A stretch of 64,000 nucleotides of DNA from Octopus sinensis (GCF_006345805.1 NC_042997.1:186744001-186808000); one strand, 5' to 3'. Shown: positions 51,750 to 64,000, numbered from the stretch's first letter. The notes: generated from the letters alone by a model not told the origin. Program-made: numbers and translations.

Positions 51750-52681
51750 CAGCAGTTCCAGAAATTCCGAGCAGAAACTACAGCCTAGAAGATGAGCCGC
51801 ATCCTGGAAGATCTGTAGAGCTCAATGAGGATATCCTACAAACCCTGGGGGAATAAAATCCCATCGTAACTTTTGAGGAATTAGCAGCGAAGCTTGGATT
51901 TGGTCATTCAACCATCCATTGACACCTGTGTGCCATCAGAAAAGTCAGTAAATTGGGTCATTAGCTTCCTCACAAATTTTCTCAGTCTAATCATGTGCAG
52001 AGAGTGAATGTATGCTCTTCTTTATTGTCACATCTCACGAATGAACCTTTTTGGGATGGAATAGTGACTGGTGATAAGAAATGGATAAGGACAACCACCA
52101 GCACCCCAGGTTAAAGAAGGTCTTCACCCACGTAAGGTGTTGTTATCTGTTTGGTGGGATATGAAAGGTTCAGTCCACTTTGAACTTTTAAACCCAAACC
52201 AAACGATAACAAATGAGATCTATTGCAGGCTGCTTGAACAGCTTAAGTCAGCATTAGAAGAAAAACAACCATCTTTGGTTTCAAGACAAAGGTTTTCTTT
52301 CATCAGGATAATGCTTGGCCACATATAGTGAGGATGACATTCCAAAGGCTGGAGCAGATTGAATGGGAAACAATGCTCCACCCACCATATTCACTGAACA
52401 TTGCTCCATCTGATTATCATTTATTCTAAAGTCTTCAAAATCATTGGGACACGAAAAAATATGAATTCTGTAGACAAGGTCAGAACAGTACTGGAGGAAT
52501 ATTTTTTGTCACTGACAAGTGAATTTTGGAAGAGGGGCCTTGCAAGTCTACCAGAGATATGGAAGAGCATTGTAGAAAATGAAGGAGAGTATATTTTAAA
52601 TGAAAATAGAACTTTATCTTAATTTTGTAAAATAAAGGAAGTATTAAAAAAAACCACATTATTTATGGGATGACCCAATAT
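51750..52681 (+). pseudogene. Mariner-family transposase relic with right TIR
   Basis: FQKFRA.NYSLEDEPHPGR, IVTGDKKW, KVLLSVWWDMKG, HQDNA.PH, PYS.NIAPSDYHLF; TIR-like CCACATTATTTATGGGATGACCCAATA followed by TA. Confidence 0.88.
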
Positions 52682-52682
52682 A

Positions 52683-52726
<44 letters not shown>

Positions 52727-53495
52727 CGCACACACACATACACACACATGTGTGTGTTTTTTAAGTAGATCTAAATCAAAGTGTGTGTATATGTGTGTGT
52801 GCATCTGTGTGTACATGCATGTGTGATTCCCATATTATTAATGTATAACTCTTTGTAGCCATGTTTTTGCATAACTAACTCTGCATGTCTGTGTGCATAC
52901 GCATGTGGTATGCGCATGGGTGAGTGTGGGTGTAGTATAAATGAGTGTGAGAATTCATGTATGCACATGCTTTTGCATGTAAGCACGTTTCTTTTTTGTG
53001 CGTATACAAGTGCAAAAATGCGCATGCGTTTTGAGCTAGTATGTGAATACACATACGCTTTGTGTATACATGTGCATGTGTGCGTGAGCGCTTGTGTGTG
53101 GCGTGTGTGAGTCTGTGCAGCTGTGCACATTTCTTTTTTATTTCAGCGCATTTGTGCGGCACCACATGATGCAGAAGAATGCAATAGATTTTCTGTGTCG
53201 TGAAATGCATTTATCTGCATTGCCCAGGTATGAAATTTGAAGCCTTGTACCAACGTCATAATGCGTGTGTGTACTCTGTGTGCGCGTGTGCGTGTGTGCG
53301 CGTGAGCGTGTGCGTGTGTGTGCGTGTGCGTGTGTGTGCGTGTGTGTGAGTGTCTGTGTGTGTGTGTGTGTGTGTGTCTGTATGTGTGTATTCACATCTG
53401 TATGAATGTATGAATGAACAAATCAAGAAAATAGCATTTTAACACAGTATTGTATTTAATAACAGGTTGTTATATACACACACACATATATATAT

Positions 53496-53526
<31 letters not shown>

Positions 53527-53527
53527 A

Positions 53528-53672
53528 TCATCATCATCATCGTTTAACGTCCGCCTTCCATGCTAGCATGGGTTGGACGATTTTGACTGAGGGCTGACAA
53601 ACCAGCCAGATGGCTGCACCAGGCCCCAATCTTGATCTGGCAGAGTTTCTACAGCTGGATGCCCTTCGTAAC
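53528..53672 (-). mobile_element. RTE 3'-end fragment in (TA)n
   Basis: CATCATC-GTTTAACGTCCGCCTTCCATGCTAGCATGGG signature. Confidence 0.8.
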
Positions 53673-53711
53673 ATGTATATATATATATATACAGAGGGAA
53701 GGAGGGGTGTA

Positions 53712-53990
53712 TACGGGCATATGGCGTAGTGATTAAGAGCATAGGCTACTAATCCTAAGATTCCGAGTTCGATTCCAAGCAGTGACCTGAACAATAATAA
53801 TAATAGCATCGAAAAATGCCTTAGGAATGAGAACCTAGGTTCGATATTTCCCCAAGACACTTGAAGAAGGCTGGAGGGTATTTCAGCTGAAACATTGTGT
53901 TAACAACAAACAAGATGAGGACAAATGTCCATTGAATGTAAATAATGTAAATAACACACATAATTCCTCATCTCTTAAATATAGAACTAT
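53712..53990 (+). mobile_element. tRNA-headed SINE with a hammerhead-like 3' module (HHR-5, 53856-53901)
   Basis: A-box TGGCGTAGTGATTAAG and B-box GAGTTCGATTCC, short (AAT)n, then GACAC-TTGAAGA-AGGCTG...CAGCT-GAAACATT-GTGTT. Confidence 0.7.
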
Positions 53991-54411
53991 TGCTTCTTTG
54001 TTTTGACATTATGTAATACTTGTAAACGATGTCACTGTCACACAAGCAGTAACCATCATTTTCCAGTATTCTGTGAAACATGTCTGGTTATGGGGAGATA
54101 CTGTTTTGTTTGGAAACAGGTGAGGGTTGGCAACAGAAAGGACATCTGGGTTTAGAAAATTTGCCTCAACAAACTCTGTGTGACCTGTGCAGACATGGAA
54201 AAGTGGACGTTAAAATTATGATGAATGAAAAGCAAACAGTACTGCTTCTGTGACAATGCTCTGATATGTAATATCAAGACAAGGAGACACACAAACACAT
54301 GCAAACACACACACACAAACACACACATATACACACACACATACACATGCGCACACACACACACAAACACATGCACATTCAAGCCTACACAAAAATGCAT
54401 GCACACATTAA

Positions 54412-54632
54412 CCCTTTCATTACCAACCCAGCTGAAACTAGCTCTGGCTCTGTAGTACAAATGTCTTGTTTTCATAAGTTTTCAATTAAAATCTTCCACC
54501 AAACCTTAGTCACAATTAATGTTCCTAACACTAGCTGAATGATAACTAAATTATTTTACTAAATTCTTTGTTATATTTAAAGTAATTGAAAGAAGCACAG
54601 AGCTTCTCAAAATAAAAACAGTAATGAAAGAG
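54412..54632. mobile_element. piggyBac-like MITE, same family as 19102
   Basis: Flanked by TTAA with CCCTTTCATTAC terminus. Confidence 0.85.
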
Positions 54633-55501
54633 TTAACAGATATACAAAAAAGGCTTCTTTCAGTTTCTATCAACCAAATCCACTCATAAGTTTCGGCTCA
54701 AATCTAATATCTTGCAGAAGACACACACTCAAGATGTTGTGTGGTGGTATTGAACCCAAAACCAGGTGGTCAGGAAGCAAACCCCTGGACCAAACACCCA
54801 TTCCTGCCCCTATACTTAAATATTGGTTTCAAATTTTGGCAGAAGCTCAGCAATTTTGTGAAGGGTATAAGACAATTACACCTCCTGCCAATGTTCAACA
54901 AGTACTTATCTTATCGACACCAAAAGGATGAAAGGCAAAGTCAACCTTGGCAGAATTCGAACTCAGAACATACCTAAAAGAACCTTTTGGTCATGAATGA
55001 CCATGAGATTGCACCTAACAAGTTCCCCTCCGAGTCACAAGTCCAAGCATGGTTATTAATGAAAGATCGGTAGTCACCCATGCATACTAGCATCCACTCT
55101 CCATGCCACCGATGTTATCCAAGGGAAAGGCAAAGGCCAATACAGCTTGGCACCTGTGACGCCGCAACTCATTTTTACAGCTGAGTGAACTGGAGCAACT
55201 GGAAATAAAGTGTCTTGCTCAAAAACACATCACACAGCCCAGTCTGGGAATCAAACTTACTATCTCATGATTGTGAGCCTGACGCTAAGCCAACATACAA
55301 GGAGAAGCATTTTGCAGGATATTTTTTGTTCAGCTCTTTCAATGATTCTGACATCCACAATTATAACATGACCAAAAAATAGTTGAACCAACTTGAACAC
55401 ATTAATTCTGTCTGAAGACTAACAAGAAACAGTAGCCAAATCATCCTCAAATCATCCAACACAGTCTTGGAGAGGAAAGCGGTAGATTAGATAATGTAGT
55501 T

Positions 55502-55721
55502 ACTCTTTACTCTTTTACTCATTTATTTGTTTCAGTTATTTGACTGTGGCCATGCTGGAGCACTGCCTTTAGTCGAGCAAATCAACCCCAGGACTTATTC
55601 TTTGTAAGCCTAGTACTTATTCTATCGATCTCTTTTGCCGAACCGCTAAGTTACGGGGACGTAAACACACCAGCATCGGTTGTCAAGTGACATTGGGAGG
55701 ACAAACACAGACACAGACACA

Positions 55722-55763
<42 letters not shown>

Positions 55764-55921
55764 GCTTCTTTTAGTTTCCATCTACCAAATCCACTCACAA
55801 TGCTTTGGTCGGCTCGAGGCTATAGTAGAAGACACTTGCCCAAGGTGTCACACAGTGGAACCGAACCAAGAACCGTGTGGTTGGTAAGCAAGCTACTTAC
55901 CACACAGCCACTCCTGCGCCT
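55502..55921 (-). mobile_element. SINE family B
   Basis: Canonical layout. Confidence 0.85.
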
Positions 55922-56679
55922 AGTTCTGGATAGTGATAAAAAAAAAAAAGTAGGGTGGTCCTATTTGGAATGTCTTTGATAGTAGGTCTTGTTCATAAGG
56001 GCTGACCAAGGGCTAATCAATAACAACAACAACAAGAACAACAACAACAACAACCAAATAATGAGGTGAGATGTACTACACACTCTCCCTACCACATGTC
56101 TCTACATATAACACACCATTTAAAAGCAAGGGAAGAAAGAACATGCAATCATCGCAAATTAAATGAATAATACAACATAGATTTAACTAATGATATTATT
56201 TTAAGCAGCTCATATTAAGATTTGAAAGAAAGATATTTCACAGAGTGCAACAGATTGTATGTGCAAGACAAGATATAAAATGCAGGACGCAGCAAACAGA
56301 GAGAGTTAAGACGAAGAAAAACAATAATTTAGGTTGACAGGTGCAATTCACACATTATAATAAAAGCTTCCTACATTGAAATAATAAATGGTTTTGTAAT
56401 TAAAGATGATGTAAGAGATTGCAGTTTAGTTGTAGTAAATTATTAAACAGATGCACAATTAGTTTAGAAATACATGGGTGCAAGATACGTTTATTGGATT
56501 TCAAAATGCTGCACAAAATTATATAGATTATAGGTGTAGGAGTGGCTGTGTGGTAAGTAGCTTGTTTATGAACCGCATGGTTCTGGGTTCGGTCCCACTG
56601 CGTGGAACCTTGGGCAAGTGTCTTCTACTATAGCCTCAGGCCAACCAAAGCCTTGTGAATGGATTTGAGCCATGCCAAA

Positions 56680-57220
56680 CAGTTATTTCCCAAGGTCAAA
56701 AACCCTTATGAACATGACATGTTTCAGTTCTTCTCTAATAACAAAAACTTTGACCAAAACCAGAAGTCTAACAAGAGGAATGACAGATGGTTGCGTGCAG
56801 GTCCTTCTGGTGTCCCCAGAGTGATACATGCAAAGTTCCCAGCAAATGTGATGGCTTAGGAGCAGGGGATTATGTAAGTCATGTTATGCCACTTCATATC
56901 TTTCTACAGGGTCTTAGCATTAATGTTGCTGGATACAGAGAAGGACTGGAGACAGTTGTTAAGCTCTGGATGGATTATCCATGCAGTGGAAGGCTATATG
57001 TGTTTCAACAAGACTTGTCTCCTTCTCACAAAGCCCATGTAACCCATGAATGAATGCCCAAATAATCATACAATATACCAAATTCCAAACTCATCAGATT
57101 TGATCCCATGGACTATTATGTTTAGAGCATTGATGACTGGGAAGCTAACCAACATCCTTACAATGCCATAGCATCACTGAAGGCCACCCTTCTCCAGCTG
57201 ATGTCCAAAATGAATAAGGA
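56680..57220 (+). pseudogene. IS630-Tc1-mariner transposase relic, maT/DD37D-like
   Basis: FFSNNKNFDQ...NKRNDRW, VMPLHIF, YVFQQDLSPSHKA, DPMDYYV; preceded by a SINE B head (56534-56663). Confidence 0.75.
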
Positions 57221-57354
57221 TCATCATCATCATCATCATCATCATCATCGTTTAACGTCCACTTTCCATGCTGGCATGGGTTGAACGATTTGACTGAGGG
57301 CTGGCGAACCAGATGGCTGCAACAGGCTCTGATCACTTAGTATTATATAAAAGT

Positions 57355-57363
57355 GTGTGTGAG

Positions 57364-57460
<97 letters not shown>
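57355..57460. repeat. (GT)n, about 50 units
   Basis: Direct observation. Confidence 0.95.
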
Positions 57461-57462
<2 letters not shown>

Positions 57463-57492
57463 ATGTATGTCATTATTCAATTTTATTTCAAG

Positions 57493-57567
57493 ATTTCATG
57501 CCAATATAGAGCTGGATTCTAGCCTAGATCCAAGAGACTTCTTCATTGGAATTTCAACATTGACAGG
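57493..57567 (+). CDS. Candidate exon 1 of a plus-strand chain
   Basis: ttttatttcaag| ... GG|gtattt; FHANIELDSSLDPRDFFIGISTLTG; phase 2-2. Confidence 0.35.
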
Positions 57568-58258
57568 GTATTTTTATATGTATGTATGTATGTATGTACA
57601 TGTGCAGATTTGTATGTTTTGTTGAATGTATTCTAATGCATATATGTATGTATATTATGCATGTATGTATGTTTGTATGTATGTATGTATGTTTGTATGT
57701 ATGTATGTATGTAAGTATGTATGTATGCTCCAAAGTGTAGACTATAGTTTGTGCCTAGGTACCTGAAATTTTACATTTGGATACATGTTTTCAGGGCGAA
57801 GCTCATGTGACTCTTTCTGATATTTCCTGACAAGAAGAATATGTATATAAATACACACACACTCACACACATACATACACACACACACTCACACACTAAT
57901 ATATATATATAAGGAATTACTTGGATGTTATAAACTCTGAATGAATCAATATTCCTAGACCAACCGAAGATTGTCAGTGTCTGTTTAAAATATAGTGAAT
58001 ATTCATGTGATTGTATTTATTTTAAGTATTAATAAACCTGAGCAATCTGGGTACTGCATAAGCTACAAAACAACAACAACAACAACAATGATGCTATCAC
58101 CACCACCACCATCATCACCACTACATACAGTCACTTCTTTTAAAAGCATTTTCTATATTTTTCTCTAGTAGCTGACTTGGAGGTTTTGTCAGTTTGTCTC
58201 TACGTCAGCTAACTTAAGTCTGTCTCCAAATAATAATATACCGGTACTTGTACGCTAG

Positions 58259-58318
58259 ATGTGTGGTGTACATTAGTATTAATACTTTGAATAATCAATA
58301 TTACATCTCAATCACCAA
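58259..58318 (+). CDS. Candidate exon 2 of the plus-strand chain
   Basis: ctag| ... AA|gtattc; CVVYISINTLNNQYYISIT; phase 2-2. Confidence 0.3.
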
Positions 58319-58534
58319 GTATTCAGTGCATACACACATACACACATATACACACACTCACACACACACATGTACACATACACACATACACACACACACA
58401 CACATATGTACATATGCACGCAAACACATCATTCAAACATTTATTCATTCTGGTTCTTCTACATACCCATTACATAACCATTTTCTCTCTTCTGCTCACA
58501 TATTCAGTGACACTATGAAAAAGATCAACTATAA

Positions 58535-59148
58535 GGCGTAGGAGTGGCTGTGTGGTAAGTAGCTTGCTTACCAACCACATGGTTTCGGGTTCAGTCCCAC
58601 TGTGTGGCACCTTGAGCAAGTGTCTTCTACTATAGCCTCGGGCCAACCAAAGCCTTGTTAGTGGATTTGGTAGACGGAAACTGAAAGAAGCCTGTCATCT
58701 ATATATATATATATATATATATCATGATGATGATCATCATCATCGTTTAACGTCCATTTTCCATGCTAGCATGGGGTGGATGGTTCGACCGGGGTCTGGG
58801 AAGCCAGGAGGCTGCACCAGGCTCCAGTCTGATCTGGCAGTGTTTCTACAGCTTGATGCCCTTCCTAATGCCAACCACTCCGTGAGTGTAGTGGGTGCTT
58901 TTTACATGTATGTGTGTATGTTTGTGTGTTTGTGTATCTGTGTTTGTCCCCTCAACATCACTTGACAACCGATGCTGGTGTGTTTACGTCCCTGTAACTT
59001 AGTGGTTTGGCAAAAGAGACCAATAGAATAAGTACTAGGCTTACAAAGAATAAGTCCTGGGGTCAATTTGCTCAACTAAATGTGGTGCTCCAGCATGGCC
59101 ACATTCAAATGACCGAAACAAGCAAAAGAGTAAAAGAGTAAAGAGTAA
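58535..59148 (+). mobile_element. SINE family B containing an antisense RTE 3' fragment (58724-58906)
   Basis: Head, (TA)n, RTE tail and 3'UTR, then SINE body with (AAAGAGT)n. Confidence 0.85.
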
Positions 59149-59295
59149 CAAACATGAGAATGAGCCAATGAAGGAGACTCTCCCTTCATCCATGGGTGCT
59201 CATTCGACTAGCTAGAAATAGCAGCCTAATCTTCATTGTATTACACCCTATTATGTTACAAAGAAAAGAAAAGTTAGTGTGGGGCTCATTTCTAG

Positions 59296-59810
59296 GCACA
59301 GGCGTAGCTGTGTGGAATGAAGCTTGCTTCCCAACCACATGATTCCAGGTTCAGTCCCACTGCATGGTACCTTGGGCAAGTGTCTTTTACAAGCCTTGTG
59401 AGTGGATTTGGTAGATGGCTGTGTGGTAAGTAGCTTGCTTACCAACCACATGGTTCCAGGTTCAATCCCACTGCATGGCAGCTTGGGCAAGTGCCTTCTA
59501 CTATAGCCTCAGGCCAACTTGTGAGTGGATTTCGTTGACAGAAACTGAAAGAAGCCCATCGTATATATGTATATGTACATATATGTGTGTGTATATGTTT
59601 GTGAGTCTGTGTTTGTCGCCCCACCATCGCTTGACAACTGATGCTGGTGTTTTTACGCCCCTGTAACTTAGTGGTTTGGCAAAAGAGACCAATAGAATAA
59701 GTACTAGGCTTACAAAGAATAAGTTCTGGAGTCGATTTGTTCGACTAAAGGCGGTGCTCCAGCATGGCCACAATCAAATGACTGAAACAAGTAAAAGCGT
59801 AAAAGAGTAA
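59296..59810 (+). mobile_element. SINE family B with duplicated head
   Basis: Two consecutive GCTGTGTGG...CCCACTGCATGG heads. Confidence 0.8.
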
Positions 59811-60240
59811 AATTTGTGTGTGTGTGTGTGTGTGTCTTTGTGCCTGTGTTTATCCCCTGCCTCCACTTGACAACCAGTGTGTGTTTACATCCTTGTTAAC
59901 TTAACCATTCAGCAAAAGAGACCGATAGAATAAGTACCATACCAGCCCTTAAAAAGAAGGTACTTGGGTTGATTCATTCAACTAAAACAAATTGCTCGAG
60001 GTGATGCCCCAGCATGACCACAGCCTAATAACTGAAACAACTAAAAGTTATATGATAAAAGAAACTGGATAATGTCTGCAAGAGAAAAGACAGGATGGTC
60101 ACAGCCAGAGCACTTCTGGTCATGGATCTGCTCAATCAGGATTGATTACAGGCATGTCAATCTCGGGGTTAAAATGACAACACATTAACAACTAGGAACC
60201 TCACCATGGTCATTCAAGTTGCAAGACATAGTAGCTATAA

Positions 60241-60478
60241 TAAGGCGGCGAGCTGGCAGAAATGTTAGCACACCGGGCGAAATGCTTAGCAGTATTTCAT
60301 CTGCCATTACGTTCTGAGTTCAAATTCCGCTGAGGACAACTTTGCCTTTCATCCTTTCGGGGGTCAGTAAATAAGGTACCAGTTACGCACTGGGGTCAAT
60401 GTAATCGATTTAATCCGTTTGTCTGTCCTTGTTTGTCCCCTCTATGTTTAGCTCCTTGTGAGCAATAAAGAAATAAGA
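60241..60478 (+). mobile_element. SINE family A
   Basis: Full-length match. Confidence 0.88.
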
Positions 60479-61086
60479 AATAGTAGCTATGTCATCCTCA
60501 AATAACACTGTACTGACCTAAAAAGAAAATTACATGTGAAATATTATCAATAACATCATCGTCACCATTTAACATCCATTTACCACGCTGGTATGGGTTG
60601 GACGGTTTGACAGGAGCTGGTGAGCCAGAGGCCCATATCAAGTGCCACTGTCTGCTTTGGTATGATTTCTTCAACAGAATTCCCTTCTTAATGCCAACTA
60701 TTTTACAGACGATACTGGGTGCTTTCTGAGTGGCACCAGCACAGGTGAAATCACTAGATAACTCACAAGACAAGACCCCTTTCAACTGAGCAGAGCGTAG
60801 TATTGAGGAAGATGGCACTGTGCCATTTTATGAGAAGTTGAGAAGTTAATTAATGAATAATCAAGAGACAGAACCAGGTGTGTTGCCATGAAAGAGGTAC
60901 ATGGTTGTCTGATATTTTCTTTCATTTTAGGACACAACGGTGTAATTTGAGAGAGATTTGGCTGTTATTTCTTGCAGATCTAGTAACCACACACAGACTC
61001 AACTGGTTTGGTAATGTGTCATTTTGTTATTATTATTGTTGTTGTTGTTGTTACCATTTCTGTTTGTGTTTCATCTGTGACTGCAG

Positions 61087-61189
61087 CGGCAACAAACATC
61101 TGCATATTTGTCTCGTGATTTTTAATCAGGAATATTATAGCATCAGCACTGGTCAATTTAATTCATTAATTATGTGCAACGAAGAATGA
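61087..61189 (+). CDS. Candidate exon 3 (ends at 61151 if spliced, or at stop 61189)
   Basis: Long pyrimidine-rich acceptor ...tcatctgtgactgcag|; GNKHLHICLVIFNQEYYSIST; phase-2 start fits exon 2. Confidence 0.33.
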
Positions 61190-61672
61190 CTAACGAACAG
61201 GTTAGCAAAAGCTGTAGAAATTAATTAAAGAGGATTTCTAACACAAACACAAGGTCACAAATTTTTGAGGAAAAAAAATCACAAGCGATCAGGTAGACAC
61301 TGCCACCATCACCACCACTATGGCCACCACCACCACCACCACCACCATCGCCACAACCTCCACTGCCACTTGCCCTAGATTTTAATATATTTTGCCAAGC
61401 CTACAGAAATGGAAAGCAAAACCCACCTTGATAGGATTTGAACTCAGAGTGTGAAGTGATGCAATTAAATAAATACTGCAAAGTACAAGGATGGCTGTGT
61501 GGTTAAGAAGTTCACTTTCCCAGCCATATGGGTTTGGGTTCAGTCTCACTGCGTGGTACCTTGGGCAAGCATCTTCTACTATAGCTCTGAGCTGACTAAT
61601 GCCTTATGAGTGAATTTGATATATGGAAACTGTGTAGAAATCTGTCATGTAAGCATATATATATAGATATAT

Positions 61673-61674
<2 letters not shown>

Positions 61675-61705
<31 letters not shown>

Positions 61706-62158
61706 GTTTAATGTCCGCTTTCCATGCTAGCATGGGTTGGACGATTTGACTGAGGACTGGCGAACCAGATGGCTGCACCAGCATCCAATCTGATCTGGCA
61801 GAGTTTCTAGAGCTGGATGCCCTTCCTAACACCAACCACTCTTAGAGTGTAGGCCAACCACTCCGAGGGTGTAGAACCACTCTGAAAGTGTAAAAAGAAA
61901 AAATATATATATATCGCCTGGCCCCGTGCCGGTGACACGTAAAAGCACCGTCCATTCGTGGCCGTTTGCCAGCTCTGTCTGGCACCTGTGCAGGTGGCAC
62001 GTAAAAAACACCCACTACACTCGCGGAGTGGTTGGCATTAGGAAGGGCATCCAGCCGTAGAAACACTGCCAGATCTGACTGGGCCTGACGAAGCCTTCCA
62101 GCTTCACAGACCCCAGTTGACCCGTCCAACCCATGCTAGCATGGAAAGCGGACACTAA

Positions 62159-62199
<41 letters not shown>

Positions 62200-62200
62200 A
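61675..62200. mobile_element. Two RTE 3'-end fragments in opposite orientation (61675-61850 minus; 61915-62200 plus)
   Basis: (CAT)n and (GAT)n tails at the outer ends. Confidence 0.8.
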
Positions 62201-62487
62201 AAAATATATTATATATAATAGGCACAGGTGTGGTCGTGTGGTAAGAAGCTTGCTTCTGACTACATGGTTCCAGGTTCAGTCTCACTGTGTGGCACTTTGG
62301 GCGAGTGTCTTCTACTATAGCCTCGGACCAACCAAAGCCTTGTGAGTGGATTTGGTAGACGGAAACTAAAAGAAGCCTATTGATAGTGACTTTAAAGTTT
62401 CAGCTAGCTAAGTCATCACCCAGGCAGTCTGACGATGGCTTAGCTGGCCAAAACTTTGAGTGACATGTTTCTCTCTTTCTCTCTTTT

Positions 62488-62876
62488 CTCTTTTACTTGT
62501 TTCAGTCATTTGACTGTGGCCATGCTGGAGCACCACCTTTAGTCAAGCAAATTGACCCCAGGATTTATTCTTTGGAAGCCTAGTACTTATTCTATCTGTC
62601 TTTTTTGCCAAACCACTAAGTTATGGGGACGTAAACACACCAGCATCAGTTGTCAAGCAATGATGGGGGGACAAACACAGACACACAAACACATACATAC
62701 ACACATATATAATACATATATACAACGGGCTTCTTTCAACGAAATCCACTCACAAGGCTTTGGTTGGCCCAAGGCTATAGTAGAAGACACTTGCCCAAGG
62801 TGCCACACAGTGAGACTGAACCCGGAACCATGTGGTTGATAAGCAAGCTACATACCACACAGTCACTCCTACGCCT
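62488..62876 (-). mobile_element. SINE family B
   Basis: Canonical layout; a separate head-only copy lies at 62220-62380 (+). Confidence 0.85.
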
Positions 62877-62908
62877 ATGTTTATGAATAATAAATAAATA
62901 TATGTATA

Positions 62909-62955
<47 letters not shown>

Positions 62956-63299
62956 GGTAAGGGGTCTTTGTGTGTTTGTGTTTGTCACCCACCATCACTT
63001 GACAACTGGTGTTGCTTTGTTTACATCCCTGTAACTTAAGAGTTTAGCAAAAGAGATGAATTGAATTAATAGGAAGCCTAAGAATAAGTACTGGGGTTGT
63101 TGATTTGTTTGAGTAAATCCTTCAAGTCGGTACCCCAGCATGGCCACAATCCAGTAACTGAAACAAGTAAAAGAAAAATGACAATGGATAAAAGGGAGAG
63201 AGAGAAGGAAAACAATGAAGGGCTCGGAGCGCAGAAGAAGGGCAGAAGAAAGTGAAAAAGAGGAAAAAAAGGAAGAAGAGAAAATGGTAGAAGTTCTGT

Positions 63300-63600
63300 G
63301 TCTTGAGATCAGATCTCACCACCTCTTTCCATGATTTCTTTAATCTTTCCCTTCTGCAGTTTTTTTTTTTTTTTCACTTGAGTCCCTTGACATTTCTGTA
63401 GCCTACTGTTGTCCTCCATTCACATCACCACATTTCCATACATCTCAGCTCTCTCTTTCCAACACACTACATCTGATATCTCTTATATACCCAGATTTTC
63501 TCACGGCTCATTTGTGCTTTTTGGTTCATGGTGACTAACATTATGCATCCAGTGGAGCATGCACACCTTTTTTTTTTTCTTTCTAGCCTTCAAACAGCCA
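63300..63600 (-). mobile_element. Old RTE-like ORF2 C-terminal relic
   Basis: Decayed ...GYIRDIRCSVLERELR... and WKEVVRSDL similar to the RTE C-terminus. Confidence 0.5.
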
Positions 63601-64000
63601 GTCAATGCCCATGCTTACGTTGGATATACTGTAGGGAATAAATAACAAAGCAATCTATCTAACATTCTAGAAACTCTGCTGATTCACAACCTCAACTGCT
63701 GCCCCTTTTTTTTCTATAGGCATAAAATATGAAATTTTGGGGAAGCGGGCTAAATAAACTATTGCATCAGACCCTGTACTTATTTTATCAATTGTGAAAG
63801 AATGACTCTGTTATTAACCTCTGAAAGGTGAAAGGCAGGATTTGAACTCAGAACCACAAGGTGTTTTGTCAAGCACTCAGACAATTCAACCGGGCATAAG
63901 ACCACACACTTTGTAGAGAAAACTGTTGATTAATTCACTACTTTAACAACAGCCCTTTAAATAATTCTTTCTACTATAGGAATATGGTATGAAATTTGGA

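Overview
AT-rich, microsatellite-dense eukaryotic DNA made mostly of transposon debris. The tRNA-derived SINE families, RTE LINEs and extreme simple-repeat load point to a coleoid cephalopod such as Octopus (inference, not verified). No host gene could be identified; only low-confidence exon candidates were seen. Recognisable elements are a 5'-truncated, nearly intact RTE-clade LINE (8889-11145, minus), a Penelope-like element remnant with a GIY-YIG endonuclease (3735-5510), and decayed Tc1, mariner, maT/DD37D-like, L1/Tx1-like and R4-like relics. There are also hAT- and piggyBac-type MITEs and many SINEs. The most striking signal is a set of five unrelated sequence families, each carrying a minimal hammerhead-ribozyme (HHR) core (CTGANGA...GAAAC-loop-GTH). 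Each has its own helix-III loop that can pair with a second copy of itself (ATGT, AGCT, GATC, GTAC, or a loop-less AACGTT). Four families sit in fold-back inverted repeats, mostly abutting (TA)n tracts, and one forms the 3' module of a tRNA-headed SINE. All folds were derived by eye and activity is untested. Most long entries in the ORF track are microsatellite artefacts.
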